64,000 nt of DNA from contig CAZLFA010000011.1 in NCBI GenBank assembly GCA_964558665.1, positions 4,617-68,616 of the forward strand, read 5' to 3'. Source of the DNA: an uncultured Syntrophaceae bacterium (lineage in GTDB: Bacteria; Desulfobacterota; Syntrophia; Syntrophales; PHBD01). The notes under the pieces are model-generated. The model saw nothing but the letters and a program-made list of their open reading frames with translations. It was not told the origin of the DNA and made no database searches. A program made the translations under genes and the position numbers. Shown here piece by piece: positions 10,037 through 21,330 of this stretch; positions within the stretch are counted from its first letter, which is position 1; each line of letters starts with the position of its first letter.

Positions 10037-13000
10037 TCATGATTGCTTTTCCCGTCTCCAGATATTGAACGTTGAAGCCGGCTTCCTTGTATTAAAACCA
10101 TCCGCATGCCTTGAAAAATAGGCGATCAGGTGTCTTCCGCCGCTAAGCCATTCCACCTCTTCCGTCAGCAGCCGGATAAGGAAGTTGCCGCGGCCGTCCG
10201 AATTCAAAATATTCTGCATATCCGTCGGATCATAGCTCCTCTCTGAATCGAATCCGTCCCCTTCATCTATAACTTCGAGAACAGCGTCATTACCGTAACG
10301 TCTGCGGACGCTTATTTTTTTCAGCGGGTTCTGTTTGTTTCCATGGCGCCATGCGTTAGCCAGGGCCTCTTCCAACACCATCCTCAATCTCGTCTCCGGT
10401 GAGGCAAATCCCCTGTCCAGCCATTCTTTCCGCATTTTTTCCAAAAGCCCGTTAAGACAACCGGTGAATTCGTCGACATCACCGGGGCACACAACATCCT
10501 CAATGCTGTCCGTGCTGTCTTCCAGCTCCAGCCCCAGCAGAGTGATGTCGTCCCTGCCGTCCCGGGAAGCGGCTGAGGTATCCGGACCGCTGCCCTTGGC
10601 TGCGCTGAAGAGCATTTTCATGATTATCGATACGGGAAGGCGGGGGTCGGTCTTTACTATGGATGATGCTATAGCGACTATGTCATCCGTGCGCAGAACC
10701 GGTTTTCCATAACTGCGGGGAAGATCGGCAAGACCGTCCGTATAGAATATAAGTTTATCGCCTGTCTCGAGAGCAATTTCACCGGCGTCAAAAGCGATCT
10801 CCTTGCAGAATCCGATCGGAAGATTTCCGCCGTCCCCTTCGACGCCCGGCAGAGAGATAACTTCCCGGCCACGAATCAGCAGGAAAGGAGGATGACCTGC
10901 CGATGTAAAGCGCATTTTCATGTCTTGATGATGAATTTCAGCATTGATGGCCGTAAAGAAGTTATCCTCTCCGAAAAAGCTCAGGTTGCATATTTCCTCG
11001 TTCAAGCGGGTGACGACATGCTCAACCGCCGTGTCGGTCTTGTTTACCAGCAGGGCATTATGAATGAGGTCGGTTACAATGCTTCGCAGGATGCAGCTTA
11101 CTTCATGCCCCGATTGATCTTTCAGGCTGACTACCGATTTTTGCATTCCCGGGTACCATTTGGTAAAATTCTTGACGAAAAAATGGTCCCCGCCCTCCGC
11201 ATAACAGGGCACATACTCGGAAGTGACAAACAGATCCACGCCGCCGGCAAGTCTGGTGTGCCGGTAAGGCCGCGGATTGATCATGGCAAGGATGTTTTTA
11301 GCCAGGTCGATATTGACATCCTGCTTCTGCAGAAGATCCTTGAGATAGCTGTTCGCCGTCATCAGTTCACTTGTGCGTTCGGCAACCCGGGTTTCCAGTT
11401 CGGCATGAGCTTTTTGCAGCGACTGCTGCGCCTTCTTGTGCTCGGTTATATCCGCAAGCGAGGCGACACTTTTCGTTGTCCCGGGAATCATGTCGATATT
11501 TATATAGATATCCCTGACCACGCCGTTGATGTCTTTAAGCCTGAATTCATACTGCTTCAATGCTGATTCCGGACGGGAACGGCGTTTCCGGTGCATTCCC
11601 AGCATCTCCTCAAGGTTCTCGGGAACGACAAACTCCGTCCATTTCTTTTTTCCCTCTATCTCCTCTTTCGAATAACCGGTAAGCCTTGTAAACTCGTTAT
11701 TCACCAGAGAAATTGTTGTGTCCTTTTCTATTATCAGCATGGCGGAGCCGGTGTTTTCAAATACAGTGCGGTACTTCGTTTCCGAATCCCGCAGTTCCCT
11801 GTTTTTCTGCGCCCGCACAATTTCAATGGCGGCAAGATTACCGAAAAGCTGTATGGTATCCAGATCATTTTGTGAAAACTCGGTCAGCCTGCGGTTAGCT
11901 ACATGGAGATAACCCAGAACAAGCTCCCCGGCCTTGACCGGCACAGCCATTATCGAGACTATTCCCTCATCGATGACTGTTTCATCAACTAAACGCCTTA
12001 TTTCCCTGTTCCTGACATCTTTACCGGCAGAATCCTCCCCGGCGGAATTTCCACGTTTCCCGACTATGGGCAGGTGCAGATGCTTGAATGCATCCGACTC
12101 GATGCCGAAGAAAGAATGCATGCATAAGTGCTTATGCGTTTCATCCGCGTAGACGATAAAGGCGACATCCGCGCCCACGATGGTTCGGCTTTTTTCCACG
12201 ATGAAGGCCAGATTGTCTTCAAGGCTCTTCTCCGCCGACATATGGAGAGCCAGGTCATAAAGCACGTTGAATTTTCCCAGTTCGTTCTTGAGCCTGAACT
12301 CGATGTCCTTAATATGCGTAATGTCACGAATGCTTTCAATTGCCCCTATTATTTCCCCCTGTGAATCGTAAAAGGGTTTGGCTATGCCCCAGAGATACAC
12401 CTGCTTCCCTTTCAGGGAGACCACATGGGATTCGGCGACCAGCGCATCTCCCCTCTGGACAACATCCAGATATCTGTTGTCCTCCCGCTTTGAGGGATCA
12501 ACGGCTAAGTCGATAAGGATCGGCTGCCTTACGCCGTAAAAGGGAAGGGAGTATTCATAATCACCCCTGCCCAGGATATGCTGCATATCGACACCGGTAA
12601 GTTCCTCCATGGCGCGGTTCCAGACAATGACGCGGTTCTGCCTGTCGATAACAAAGGTGGGATCGGGAAGAAAATTAATAACCTCGGCAAGAATATACTC
12701 CGACCGCTGCTTTGCCTCTTCTGCCCGGACCCGTTCGTTTATTTCGGATTTAAGATCCTCGTACGCCTGAGAGAGCTCCCCTGTACGTTCCTGAACACGC
12801 TGTTCCAGTTGCACGTTCATATTCGCGACGGCATCTTCAGCGATTTTTCGTTCCGTAATGTCATGCAGAATGCCGACGACGTGCGTGATCTTTCCCGCCT
12901 CATTTCTGACAACTCTGGCGTTATCCTCCATGAAGCAGGTTTTTCCGTCAGCGGTCAGCATTTTTATTGTAATGGGTATTTCATCGCCAAAGGCAATGCG

Positions 13001-13318
13001 CCTCTTGTGGACATGGAAGACATTTTCACGATCGTCAGGATGAACGAACTCTATGATATTACGACCCACGATTTCGGATGAGCGATATCCGTAACATTCG
13101 ATATTGCTTGTAACATAATTGAGACACCCCTCCGTATTGTAGGTAAAGACAACATCGCGGAGGTTTTCTACAATCGCCCGGTAACGAGCCTCGCTTATCG
13201 CAAGCGATTCTCTGATAGCCTCGATGTCGGCCACCTTGTTCTCCAGCTCTTTTATTCTGACTTTGAGAATACTGACGTCATCCGGAGATATATTAGCGGA
13301 TTCGCATGCCATGTTCAC
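10037..13318 (-). CDS. PAS-PAS-GAF-PAS sensor fused to a PP2C (SpoIIE/RsbU-type) phosphatase and an RsbW-like HATPase serine kinase domain
   Basis: Recurrent PAS ends (HDITERK, RDITHIK, ADITEHKK) and a GAF-like segment. PP2C region (..YAEGGDHFFV..FTSAGHPPFLL..DKLIFYTDGL..DDITLLGLE). C-terminal anti-sigma kinase-like N/G boxes (EEALANAWRHGN...VIDEGDGFD). Confidence 0.8.
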   Translation of the reverse strand: MNMACESANISPDDVSILKVRIKELENKVADIEAIRESLAISEARYRAIVENLRDVVFTYNTEGCLNYVTSNIECYGYRSSEIVGRNIIEFVHPDDRENVFHVHKRRIAFGDEIPITIKMLTADGKTCFMEDNARVVRNEAGKITHVVGILHDITERKIAEDAVANMNVQLEQRVQERTGELSQAYEDLKSEINERVRAEEAKQRSEYILAEVINFLPDPTFVIDRQNRVIVWNRAMEELTGVDMQHILGRGDYEYSLPFYGVRQPILIDLAVDPSKREDNRYLDVVQRGDALVAESHVVSLKGKQVYLWGIAKPFYDSQGEIIGAIESIRDITHIKDIEFRLKNELGKFNVLYDLALHMSAEKSLEDNLAFIVEKSRTIVGADVAFIVYADETHKHLCMHSFFGIESDAFKHLHLPIVGKRGNSAGEDSAGKDVRNREIRRLVDETVIDEGIVSIMAVPVKAGELVLGYLHVANRRLTEFSQNDLDTIQLFGNLAAIEIVRAQKNRELRDSETKYRTVFENTGSAMLIIEKDTTISLVNNEFTRLTGYSKEEIEGKKKWTEFVVPENLEEMLGMHRKRRSRPESALKQYEFRLKDINGVVRDIYINIDMIPGTTKSVASLADITEHKKAQQSLQKAHAELETRVAERTSELMTANSYLKDLLQKQDVNIDLAKNILAMINPRPYRHTRLAGGVDLFVTSEYVPCYAEGGDHFFVKNFTKWYPGMQKSVVSLKDQSGHEVSCILRSIVTDLIHNALLVNKTDTAVEHVVTRLNEEICNLSFFGEDNFFTAINAEIHHQDMKMRFTSAGHPPFLLIRGREVISLPGVEGDGGNLPIGFCKEIAFDAGEIALETGDKLIFYTDGLADLPRSYGKPVLRTDDIVAIASSIVKTDPRLPVSIIMKMLFSAAKGSGPDTSAASRDGRDDITLLGLELEDSTDSIEDVVCPGDVDEFTGCLNGLLEKMRKEWLDRGFASPETRLRMVLEEALANAWRHGNKQNPLKKISVRRRYGNDAVLEVIDEGDGFDSERSYDPTDMQNILNSDGRGNFLIRLLTEEVEWLSGGRHLIAYFSRHADGFNTRKPASTFNIWRREKQS

Positions 13319-13373
13319 CTGATATGTACCTCACCGGTATTTTGCCGCGGCTGACAATCTCTGTTCACGCTTT

Positions 13374-14528
13374 TCAGGATTGAAAGAGCCTCATTATTTT
13401 CTCACTGGAATGTACAGTCGGCATTTTTATGGTGTCCACGTGAGGATCAGCATAATCATCAGCCGTTATGCGGAATTTATCCTTTGCAATCATAAAAGCC
13501 GACAGAACATCGCTGTCAAAATGTTCGGGTCTTGTGTGATCATCACCTTCCATGATGATCTTAACAGCCTGCTCATGGTTAAAGGGATGTTTATATATCC
13601 TGCGGCTGGTCAGCGCATCATAGACGTCAGCCAGCGCCATCAGCCTGCCGGAAACAGGAATATCGTCGCCGGCAAGCCCCAGATAACCGGAGCCGTCCGC
13701 CCTTTCATGATGAGTGAAGGCGATCTCTCCTGCGTGTTTCAGAAAATCGGAGGAAACATATCCGGCCACTTCAATCTCGATTTTCAGGATGGAGTCCCGT
13801 CCGATCTCCACATGGTTTTTCATGATCTGAATTTCATCGTTTGTGAGTTTGTCGGGCTTGAACAGAATGCGATCCGGTATGCCGACCTTTCCGATATCGT
13901 GAAGCTGGGCCGACTTGCTGATCACGCGGATATTTTCATCAGTAAGATAGTCTCTGTATTTCGGGGTTGCTTTCATCGCTTCGGCCAGATGCTGCACATA
14001 GAACTGAGTCCGCTTGATATGCCTTCCGGTTTCTATGTTCCTGTATTCTGCAAGGGTCGCCAGCCCGTAAATGATGGCATCCCTGGTCAGGGCGAGCTCA
14101 CGCGTTCTCTCATTCACAATCTCATCAATGTGATCTCTGCAGAGCTTGTGCATAATGTGACTGCGCAACCGTGACTTGAGCAGCGCCGGCCTTAGAGGTT
14201 TGTGTATATAGTCGACGGCGCCCAGCGAAAGACCCTTCTGTTCGTCATCTTCATCATCGCCTGAAGTGACGAAGATTACCGGGATGTCTCTGGTCCGCTT
14301 ATCTGATTTAAGAATCCGGCATACTTCATATCCATCCATGCCCGGCATCAATACATCCAGAAGGATGGCATCCGGCGGATTATCGCCGCCGGCCAGGTAA
14401 AGGGCCTTCCGTCCGTCAAGCGCTGCAATAACAGCATACTCATCACGTAGCGTTTCCATCATCACCTGGATATTATTCGGCGTATCGTCAACAATAAGCA
14501 CCTTTTTTCGCCCCATGTCCTGATTCAT
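13374..14528 (-). CDS. Response regulator receiver + HD-GYP-type phosphohydrolase (probable c-di-GMP phosphodiesterase)
   Basis: REC motifs (VLIVDDTP..DAILLDVLMPGMDG..K). HD (QLHDIGKVGIP) and HHERADGSGYLGL, where the motif reads GYL rather than canonical GYP. Confidence 0.85.
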   Translation of the reverse strand: MNQDMGRKKVLIVDDTPNNIQVMMETLRDEYAVIAALDGRKALYLAGGDNPPDAILLDVLMPGMDGYEVCRILKSDKRTRDIPVIFVTSGDDEDDEQKGLSLGAVDYIHKPLRPALLKSRLRSHIMHKLCRDHIDEIVNERTRELALTRDAIIYGLATLAEYRNIETGRHIKRTQFYVQHLAEAMKATPKYRDYLTDENIRVISKSAQLHDIGKVGIPDRILFKPDKLTNDEIQIMKNHVEIGRDSILKIEIEVAGYVSSDFLKHAGEIAFTHHERADGSGYLGLAGDDIPVSGRLMALADVYDALTSRRIYKHPFNHEQAVKIIMEGDDHTRPEHFDSDVLSAFMIAKDKFRITADDYADPHVDTIKMPTVHSSEKIMRLFQS

Positions 14529-14540
14529 CTGCCGGCTCCG

Positions 14541-17500
14541 TCATGACATTAATGCAGTATTCATAAACTCAAGATCTCTTCTGGCGTTATCGGTATCGTA
14601 AACGAGAAGATTCTTTTTCAGTTGTTCATACTTTTCGGCAAGCGTAGTCCCCTGCAAAAGCATGCCCAGAGGATTCAGCGCATCCATTGCCTTCGGCAAA
14701 TCCGTTTCCAGCGTGACAAGCATCTCACTGATGATCTCGTTCACGGATTTCCCATCCGGTATGCAGACATTTTCGGATCCGGAACGAGCATGATACCGGT
14801 CCAGGTATTCTCTTAAGACCGATATTGCACCGCTTAAATGATGATCGAAATCGGCAATCAGTTCCTCCCATGCCTCCTTCCTGACATCCTTTATGGCCTT
14901 CTCAAGGCCTCTGGAACTCCACTGAAGTCGCTTCGCTCCAATAAGTCCCGCCACAGACTTCATGGAATGTGAGATGCGCAGCGCCTTTTCCCGATCGCCC
15001 TTCTGTATGGCTTCACGAACGGCATGTGCATCATCGGCATGGTTTTCAACAAACGACTGAATTGCCTTCAGATATAATCTTGCGTCTCCCTGCATCATTC
15101 TTGTCACCGACTCTCTCACGGCAATACCCGGCAATTCTTCAGGAAGAGAATCATCCACGGCTTCCCGCCCCGACTTTTGCAAGGGAATGGCCATTCGCTG
15201 ACCGGGTTTGATCCACTTGAGAAGCATGGCATGAAGATTTTCAGGATTGATCGGCTTTGAGATGTAATCATTCATGCCGGACAGGAGACACTCTTCCCGG
15301 TCCCTGGACAGGACATGCGCCGTCAGGGCAATGATCGGCAGGTCCTTCAGATCAAGCCTGCGGCGGATGATCCTTGCGGCCTCATAACCATCCAGCAGCG
15401 GCATCTGCACATCCATAAGCACAATATCGAATATGCCCTGCTTTGCTTTTTCCACGGCTTCCAGGCCGTTGCCTGCCAGGCTTACAACCAGTCCCGCCTT
15501 TTCAAGCAGTTCTTTCGCAACCTGCTGATTCAGTTCATTGTCCTCTGCAAGCAGCACCTGCGCTCCGGCAATGCCTGCCAGATGAACGGAGGGTTTATGA
15601 TCTTCTGCTGCCGTACAGGGGGTTATCCTCTCCTTTCCAAAGAGAACCATGATTGTATCAAGCAGAACAGAGGGCGAGATCGGTTTGAGGAGAAATCCGT
15701 CAAGCCCGGCTTTTTCCGCCCGGGTTCTTATGTCTTCGTAGCTGTAAGCCGTCGCCATGAGAATTTTCGGAATATTCTTCAGTTTCAGATAGCTTTTTAT
15801 GTATTGCGCCGCTTCAATTCCGTTTGTTCCCTGTAATCTCCAGTCCATGATCACGAGGTCATAGGGCATGTCTGTGTCGGCTTTTTTTATCTCAGCTATG
15901 GCCTTCTCTGCCGAGGCGGTATCCTTTACTATGAGCCCCATGGCATCGAGCATTCCCTTCAATATCTGCCTCGCGGCATGGCTGTCGTCCACAACCAGAA
16001 TTCGCAGTCCCTTCAGCTCCGCTGACGTTTCGACATAATGTCTGGATGTCACGGCCCCGGCGCCGAAAACGGCAAAGAAACTGAAAATGCTGCCCTTGTA
16101 TAATTCACTGTCGACGATTATTCGTCCGCCCATCATTTCCACAAGCCTCCGGCTGATCGCCAGCCCCAGACCCGTTCCCCCGTACTTGCGGGTTACCGAT
16201 GAATCACCCTGCATGAAAGGCTGGAACAGTCTGCCCTGCTGCTCCTCCGTCATCCCGATGCCTGTATCGATTACGGAAAACTGGAGATGAATCTTCTCCT
16301 GCTCTCCTTCAAATTCACGTTTGACCAGTCTAGTTCGTATGATGACCTCGCCCTGCTCCGTAAACTTCACGGCATTGTTTCCCAGGTTGATGAGGACCTG
16401 TCCGAGCCTCAGCGCGTCTCCACTGAGAGACACAGGAACATCGGGCGCTGTATCCACCAGAAGTTCCAGCTTCTTTTCCGATGCCTTCATGCCGATGATC
16501 GTCACGGCGTTATCCAGAACATCCTCAAGCATGAAGTCGGTTTCCTCTATATCGAGTTTGCCGGCCTCGATTTTAGAAAAATCGAGGATGTCGTTTATAA
16601 TTCCCAGAAGCGATTGTCCCGCCGATTCTATCTTGTGCAGATAGTCGGCCTGTTTCCCTGTCAGATCAGTCTGCAGCGCCAGATGGGTCATACCCAGCAC
16701 TGCGTTCATCGGCGTTCTTATCTCATGGCTCATATTGGCGAGAAACTCGCTCTTGGACTGTGTGGCCGCCTCGGCAACCTTCTTTGCCGCAACCAGTTCC
16801 GCTGTTCTTTCATTTACAAGCTCTTCCAGGCGGTTCCGGTAGTTCTCAAGGTCTATCTCCGCCCTCTTGCGCTCCGTTATATCCTCATAGACGACCACAA
16901 CCCTGCCTTCCGAAAAATGATCGCCGATAGCCGAGATATTAATCCTGCAGACGATGTTTCTGCCGTCTTTCCTTATACATGTATATTCCGTGCTGTAATT
17001 TCTTTGATCCTTCATGGCGGAATAGAAAGTCATGCCGATATCCTTGTAATCACTTTCGCTGCCATATAAAACCCTTGTCGTCTGGCCGATGAGCTCTTCG
17101 GGGGTCCATCCGAAAACCTGCTCAACCGCATCATTGGCAAAGACTATCCGGCGGTTATGCAGACCCATCACGGCATGGGGAATAGCAATCAGGATGGATG
17201 ATTCCATTGCCTTCTGCTCCTCGATCTTCTCCATTGCCTCCTTAATTTCCGTAATATCCATCGAGTTGCCGAGGATCGCAGGTTTTCCTCCGAGATGGAC
17301 GGAAGTGACCGTCTCCATAATCCAGCGGGTTTTTCCTTCTCTGGTAACTATCCTGAACTCATAGGGGGCTCTGCGCTTCCCCCGAAGCATTTTAACGGCA
17401 TTGGCTCTGACCAGTTCACGGTCGTCATCATGAACAATTGCAGTAGCGACGCGTCCGATCAATTCATGCGGGCCATATCCCGCGTATGAAGCGGCATTTG

Positions 17501-19598
17501 CATTGAGAAAGCTGAACTTTCCTTCCTGCACTATGTAAACACCGGCGATTGATTTCTCCGCTATCAGCCGATATCTCTCTTCACTTTCCTGAACCGCCGT
17601 TTCAGCAACCCTCCCTCTGATGATTTTCTGCAATTCACTGGCAACCAGATTGACCTGCATGACATCAAGATCATTGTATTCCGCCGACTTGTTGCCTACC
17701 CCGAAAATAATTCTGACCTTTCCGTCTTCAATCACGGGTATGCTCATGAAGCGGCTGATCGTTGTATGCCCTTCGGGGAGGCCCTTTCTGTTCGGTGAGT
17801 TATTGTAGTCATTATAAACGACAGCACCCTTCAGACGGACACAATCCACCCAGTTTCCCGCGCTTTCGATTGAATAATGGGCATCATGAGAGACTGCGCA
17901 GTTTTCCATTGCCTGTCCGTTCCATGCTGTCAGAACGACGCTTGCCTGATCGTCGGAAACAAGATGAAAAAAGCCCACTTTGCTTTCTGTAAGGCTCACC
18001 GCCCTTTCAAGCACATAGTTGTACAGCTCTCTGTCGGTAAGCTTCGGCGCCTTTTCATACAGCTCGAGGAGATACCTGCCCCGTTCCAATTCTTTATGAA
18101 GGAGTTCTTCCCTCTTTATTTTTTCCGAAATGTCCCTGAATGTCAGAACTGCGCCGACAACTCTGCCTTCTTCGACAATCGGTGTGCTTGTATATTCAAC
18201 CGGAATGCCGGTTCCGTCCTTTTTCCAGAAAAGATCTTTTGCTATGTGATGAACCTTCCCGTCTCTGTATGCCGCATATATGGGACACTCCTCTTCAGGA
18301 TAACTGCCGCCGACGGCCCTTGTATGGTGAAATGTCTTGTGGCTTTCAAGCCCCGTCATTTCCCCGGTATCATAACCGAGCATTTGAGCGGCTACAGGAT
18401 TGACATAGACATGCCTTCCTTCGGTATCCAGCCTTATGATGCCCTCACCCGCCGATTGCAGGATCTGCTCTTTCTCATTTTTCAACTGCGCGATCTTCGC
18501 CTCGGCTATCCTGCGCTCCAGATGCCTCCGCTCGAGTATTTCAGCCATTTCATCAAACGATCTGGCCAACTGTCCGATCTCGTTCTCCTCGTAGGGAAGC
18601 CCTGTCCGGGCGTCCAGATTCCCCTGTCCAAGCTGTTTCGAAGCCTCGACCAGCACATCCATCCTCTTTGCTATTATCCGGTTGCCTATGAGATGCGCCA
18701 CAATCAGCGCCAGCAGAGCGGCAATCCCAAGCAGCTCCAGATTCCTCATCAACGCGCGATCAGCCGCGGCAAGAACCTGTTCTTCCGGAATTCCGACACG
18801 GATATAAAGGTACGGGGTCTTAACTCCCGGAAGATGAATACGCTTATATCCGTAAAGACGCCTTTTACCGTCAACTCCCGTGGCGAAAAAATTGCCTTCA
18901 CCTTCAGAGGACGACATTCTTGAGATCATTTCCGGCAGATCCTTCTCGCCTGCATACCTCTCAAAGGCCGGATAGCGGTAAAGGCGGACGCCATTGCCAT
19001 CGGTGAGCGCGATTGCCGATCCTTCCGGCAGCCTGGCTATTTCAAAATATTTTTCGTAATACGCCGCATTGAAGCCCGCGGCAGCAACAGCGCGAACCTT
19101 TCCATTCGCTCCGGTTACCGGATAGGCATAATGAAATACAGGCACACCGGCTGAGCGGCTCAGCACATACTCGCCGATGGAAAACTTGCCGGTTCGCATA
19201 ATTTCCTTGAAGTATTTGCGGTCGGCTATGTTGAATGACTTAACGAGAGGAGCAGAGGCAAAAACGGCGCCTTCCGGAGATGCGACATTTATGACTGCAT
19301 AACCGGGATTTTTAGCCAGCAGCTCATTCAGCAGCAGCTCACATTCCTTTACGTTCTGTTGCTCCACAGCCGGAATTTTGGAGATCATCATGAGCAGTTG
19401 GCGGGTGCTGTTTGTTATATTCTCCTGCTGAATGGCCACCCCCTGGGCAAGGTTTGTTATGTCGCGCCTGGCTTTTTCAATCTCTTCGCTTCTCCTTTCC
19501 ATGCCGGTCAGAACAATTATTCCCAGAGCCGGCAGGATGGCGAAAAAAACCAGCACAAATAGATGGATGCGGATAGGAAGCGAGAAAACCGACCTCAT
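14541..19598 (-). CDS. Hybrid sensor histidine kinase (periplasmic sensor-HAMP-PAS-GAF-PAS-PAS-HisKA-HATPase-REC-REC-HPt)
   Basis: 1685 aa. H-box SEFLANMSHEIRTPMN. N/G boxes (LINLGNNAVKFT, DTGIGM, GGTGLGLAIS). Two receiver domains (ILVVDDSH..DLVIMDWRLQG; VLLAEDNE..DIVLMDVQMP). C-terminal HPt-like SHSMKSVAGLIGA. Confidence 0.9.
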   Translation of the reverse strand: MRSVFSLPIRIHLFVLVFFAILPALGIIVLTGMERRSEEIEKARRDITNLAQGVAIQQENITNSTRQLLMMISKIPAVEQQNVKECELLLNELLAKNPGYAVINVASPEGAVFASAPLVKSFNIADRKYFKEIMRTGKFSIGEYVLSRSAGVPVFHYAYPVTGANGKVRAVAAAGFNAAYYEKYFEIARLPEGSAIALTDGNGVRLYRYPAFERYAGEKDLPEMISRMSSSEGEGNFFATGVDGKRRLYGYKRIHLPGVKTPYLYIRVGIPEEQVLAAADRALMRNLELLGIAALLALIVAHLIGNRIIAKRMDVLVEASKQLGQGNLDARTGLPYEENEIGQLARSFDEMAEILERRHLERRIAEAKIAQLKNEKEQILQSAGEGIIRLDTEGRHVYVNPVAAQMLGYDTGEMTGLESHKTFHHTRAVGGSYPEEECPIYAAYRDGKVHHIAKDLFWKKDGTGIPVEYTSTPIVEEGRVVGAVLTFRDISEKIKREELLHKELERGRYLLELYEKAPKLTDRELYNYVLERAVSLTESKVGFFHLVSDDQASVVLTAWNGQAMENCAVSHDAHYSIESAGNWVDCVRLKGAVVYNDYNNSPNRKGLPEGHTTISRFMSIPVIEDGKVRIIFGVGNKSAEYNDLDVMQVNLVASELQKIIRGRVAETAVQESEERYRLIAEKSIAGVYIVQEGKFSFLNANAASYAGYGPHELIGRVATAIVHDDDRELVRANAVKMLRGKRRAPYEFRIVTREGKTRWIMETVTSVHLGGKPAILGNSMDITEIKEAMEKIEEQKAMESSILIAIPHAVMGLHNRRIVFANDAVEQVFGWTPEELIGQTTRVLYGSESDYKDIGMTFYSAMKDQRNYSTEYTCIRKDGRNIVCRINISAIGDHFSEGRVVVVYEDITERKRAEIDLENYRNRLEELVNERTAELVAAKKVAEAATQSKSEFLANMSHEIRTPMNAVLGMTHLALQTDLTGKQADYLHKIESAGQSLLGIINDILDFSKIEAGKLDIEETDFMLEDVLDNAVTIIGMKASEKKLELLVDTAPDVPVSLSGDALRLGQVLINLGNNAVKFTEQGEVIIRTRLVKREFEGEQEKIHLQFSVIDTGIGMTEEQQGRLFQPFMQGDSSVTRKYGGTGLGLAISRRLVEMMGGRIIVDSELYKGSIFSFFAVFGAGAVTSRHYVETSAELKGLRILVVDDSHAARQILKGMLDAMGLIVKDTASAEKAIAEIKKADTDMPYDLVIMDWRLQGTNGIEAAQYIKSYLKLKNIPKILMATAYSYEDIRTRAEKAGLDGFLLKPISPSVLLDTIMVLFGKERITPCTAAEDHKPSVHLAGIAGAQVLLAEDNELNQQVAKELLEKAGLVVSLAGNGLEAVEKAKQGIFDIVLMDVQMPLLDGYEAARIIRRRLDLKDLPIIALTAHVLSRDREECLLSGMNDYISKPINPENLHAMLLKWIKPGQRMAIPLQKSGREAVDDSLPEELPGIAVRESVTRMMQGDARLYLKAIQSFVENHADDAHAVREAIQKGDREKALRISHSMKSVAGLIGAKRLQWSSRGLEKAIKDVRKEAWEELIADFDHHLSGAISVLREYLDRYHARSGSENVCIPDGKSVNEIISEMLVTLETDLPKAMDALNPLGMLLQGTTLAEKYEQLKKNLLVYDTDNARRDLEFMNTALMS

Positions 19599-19624
19599 GC
19601 ATCTGCCTCCTGCAGAGTCATCAT

Positions 19625-21169
19625 TCAGAAATCCTCAAAATTTTCATCGGTCGTCATGCCGTCTGCAACAGCCGGCAACCGTGTATAGCGCGGCATAGAT
19701 ATTCCCTTCTTCATTTCCGGAAACGGCTCTGTTTTTCCTGCTTTGTTGATCTGTGCCGATTTGCCTTTAAGTACATTGCCGTTCGATCCGGCGATTACAT
19801 TCGTCAGATCGCCGACATACCCCTTCATCTCGGCTGCCTGCGCATTGAGTTCTTCTGCTGCGGATGCAGCCTCTTCTGCGCCCGCAGCATTGCGCTGTAC
19901 AACAATATCCATCTCCACGACGGCCTTCCTGATCTGTTCAATTCCCTGCGCCTGCTCACGGGAGGCCGTTTCTATCTCATCAACCAGGACAGAGATCTTC
20001 ATGGCAATATCCTTATTTGCCGCAAAGGCCGCCTGTGTCGATCTGGTCAGTTCACTTCCCCGTCTGACCGCCTTTATGGAGTTTTCTATCAACGTACCCG
20101 TGCTCTTTGCCGCGTCCGCCGCCCTGATGGCCAGGCTCCTTACCTCCTCGGCAACCACAGAGAAGCCGGCGCCTGCCTCTCCGGCACGGGCCGCCTCAAC
20201 CGCTGCATTGAGCGCAAGCAGGTTCGTCTGAAAGGCTATTTCATCGATTGTTCTTATGATCTTTCCGATCTCTTCACTTGTTCTGGTGATTTCTTCGACG
20301 GCCCCGATCATCTGCCCCAGTTCGGAATTGGCCTTTTCAACAATGTTTTTCGCTTCATCCATCATCGATCTTGTTTCCGTGGCATTGTCCGCATTCTTTC
20401 TGGTCATAGCCGACAATTCCTCCAGAGACGCAGATGTTTCCTGAATTGCCGCGGCCTGTTCAGTGGCGCCTTCGGCCAATGACTGACTGGATGTAGACAC
20501 CTCGTTTGAGGCGGCGGAAACATGATTGGAACCCAGTTCCAGCCCTTCAATCACCTTGTTGATCGGCCTTGTGATGAGCCTGGTGATGCCCAGCGCAAAG
20601 CACAGCCCCATAGCGACAGCGAGCACAGCACCGCCGATAATAAGTTTATTGGCCCAGGATATTTGAAGCTGCAGCTTGCCGAAGTGATTGTTTTTCGCTT
20701 CGACACATTCCTTTTCCACTGCTCTTCCGGAATCGCGAAGGGACGCGTCAAAGACCTTCAATTGCTGCTCACGCACCTCAGGTGAAATATCTTTATTCCC
20801 CAGAAAGATCACCATTTCAGCAAAGGTTTTTTCATATCTGGAAGCCGCTGCCAGTATGTTGTCCATCTGCCGGGCATTTTTCTGGTCCCGGAAGCGTTTC
20901 TTAAGATTTTCTGCTGTTGTTTTCAGCTTCACGATTGCGGAGTTGGTTTCATCCACCCATTGCTGTTCTCCCCTGATGATGAAGTTTTTTTCATAGCGGC
21001 GCGCCTGCAGTATGTACTTGCTGATGTTGTCCGTCTCATCAACCTTAAAGAAACGATCGGTTACTACCGACAAACTGTCCCACCCCACATACGCAACAGA
21101 TGCCGTCAGCAGCATGATCACGACAAATCCGGCCATTATTTTCGTACGCAGCTTTATATTCCCGAACAT
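19625..21169 (-). CDS. Methyl-accepting chemotaxis protein
   Basis: MCP hairpin [41 protein letters not shown] place the start at ATG 21169 (MFGNIKL..) because AGGGAGG lies 5 nt upstream; the track ORF extends to 21199. Confidence 0.9.
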   Translation of the reverse strand: MFGNIKLRTKIMAGFVVIMLLTASVAYVGWDSLSVVTDRFFKVDETDNISKYILQARRYEKNFIIRGEQQWVDETNSAIVKLKTTAENLKKRFRDQKNARQMDNILAAASRYEKTFAEMVIFLGNKDISPEVREQQLKVFDASLRDSGRAVEKECVEAKNNHFGKLQLQISWANKLIIGGAVLAVAMGLCFALGITRLITRPINKVIEGLELGSNHVSAASNEVSTSSQSLAEGATEQAAAIQETSASLEELSAMTRKNADNATETRSMMDEAKNIVEKANSELGQMIGAVEEITRTSEEIGKIIRTIDEIAFQTNLLALNAAVEAARAGEAGAGFSVVAEEVRSLAIRAADAAKSTGTLIENSIKAVRRGSELTRSTQAAFAANKDIAMKISVLVDEIETASREQAQGIEQIRKAVVEMDIVVQRNAAGAEEAASAAEELNAQAAEMKGYVGDLTNVIAGSNGNVLKGKSAQINKAGKTEPFPEMKKGISMPRYTRLPAVADGMTTDENFEDF

Positions 21170-21330
21170 TTTAACCTCCCTGATTTCCGGAGGCGCCATC
21201 CAGCCACCTCCATGAATCTCACATCCAGACCGGCGACGGGCCTTTCATCCCCTTGGAGCCTGCCGCCGCTGAAAGTTAAGTTGCTTCATTTTCAACATGG
21301 ACCGCCTTGACTCCCGGTTTTCTGTTATGA

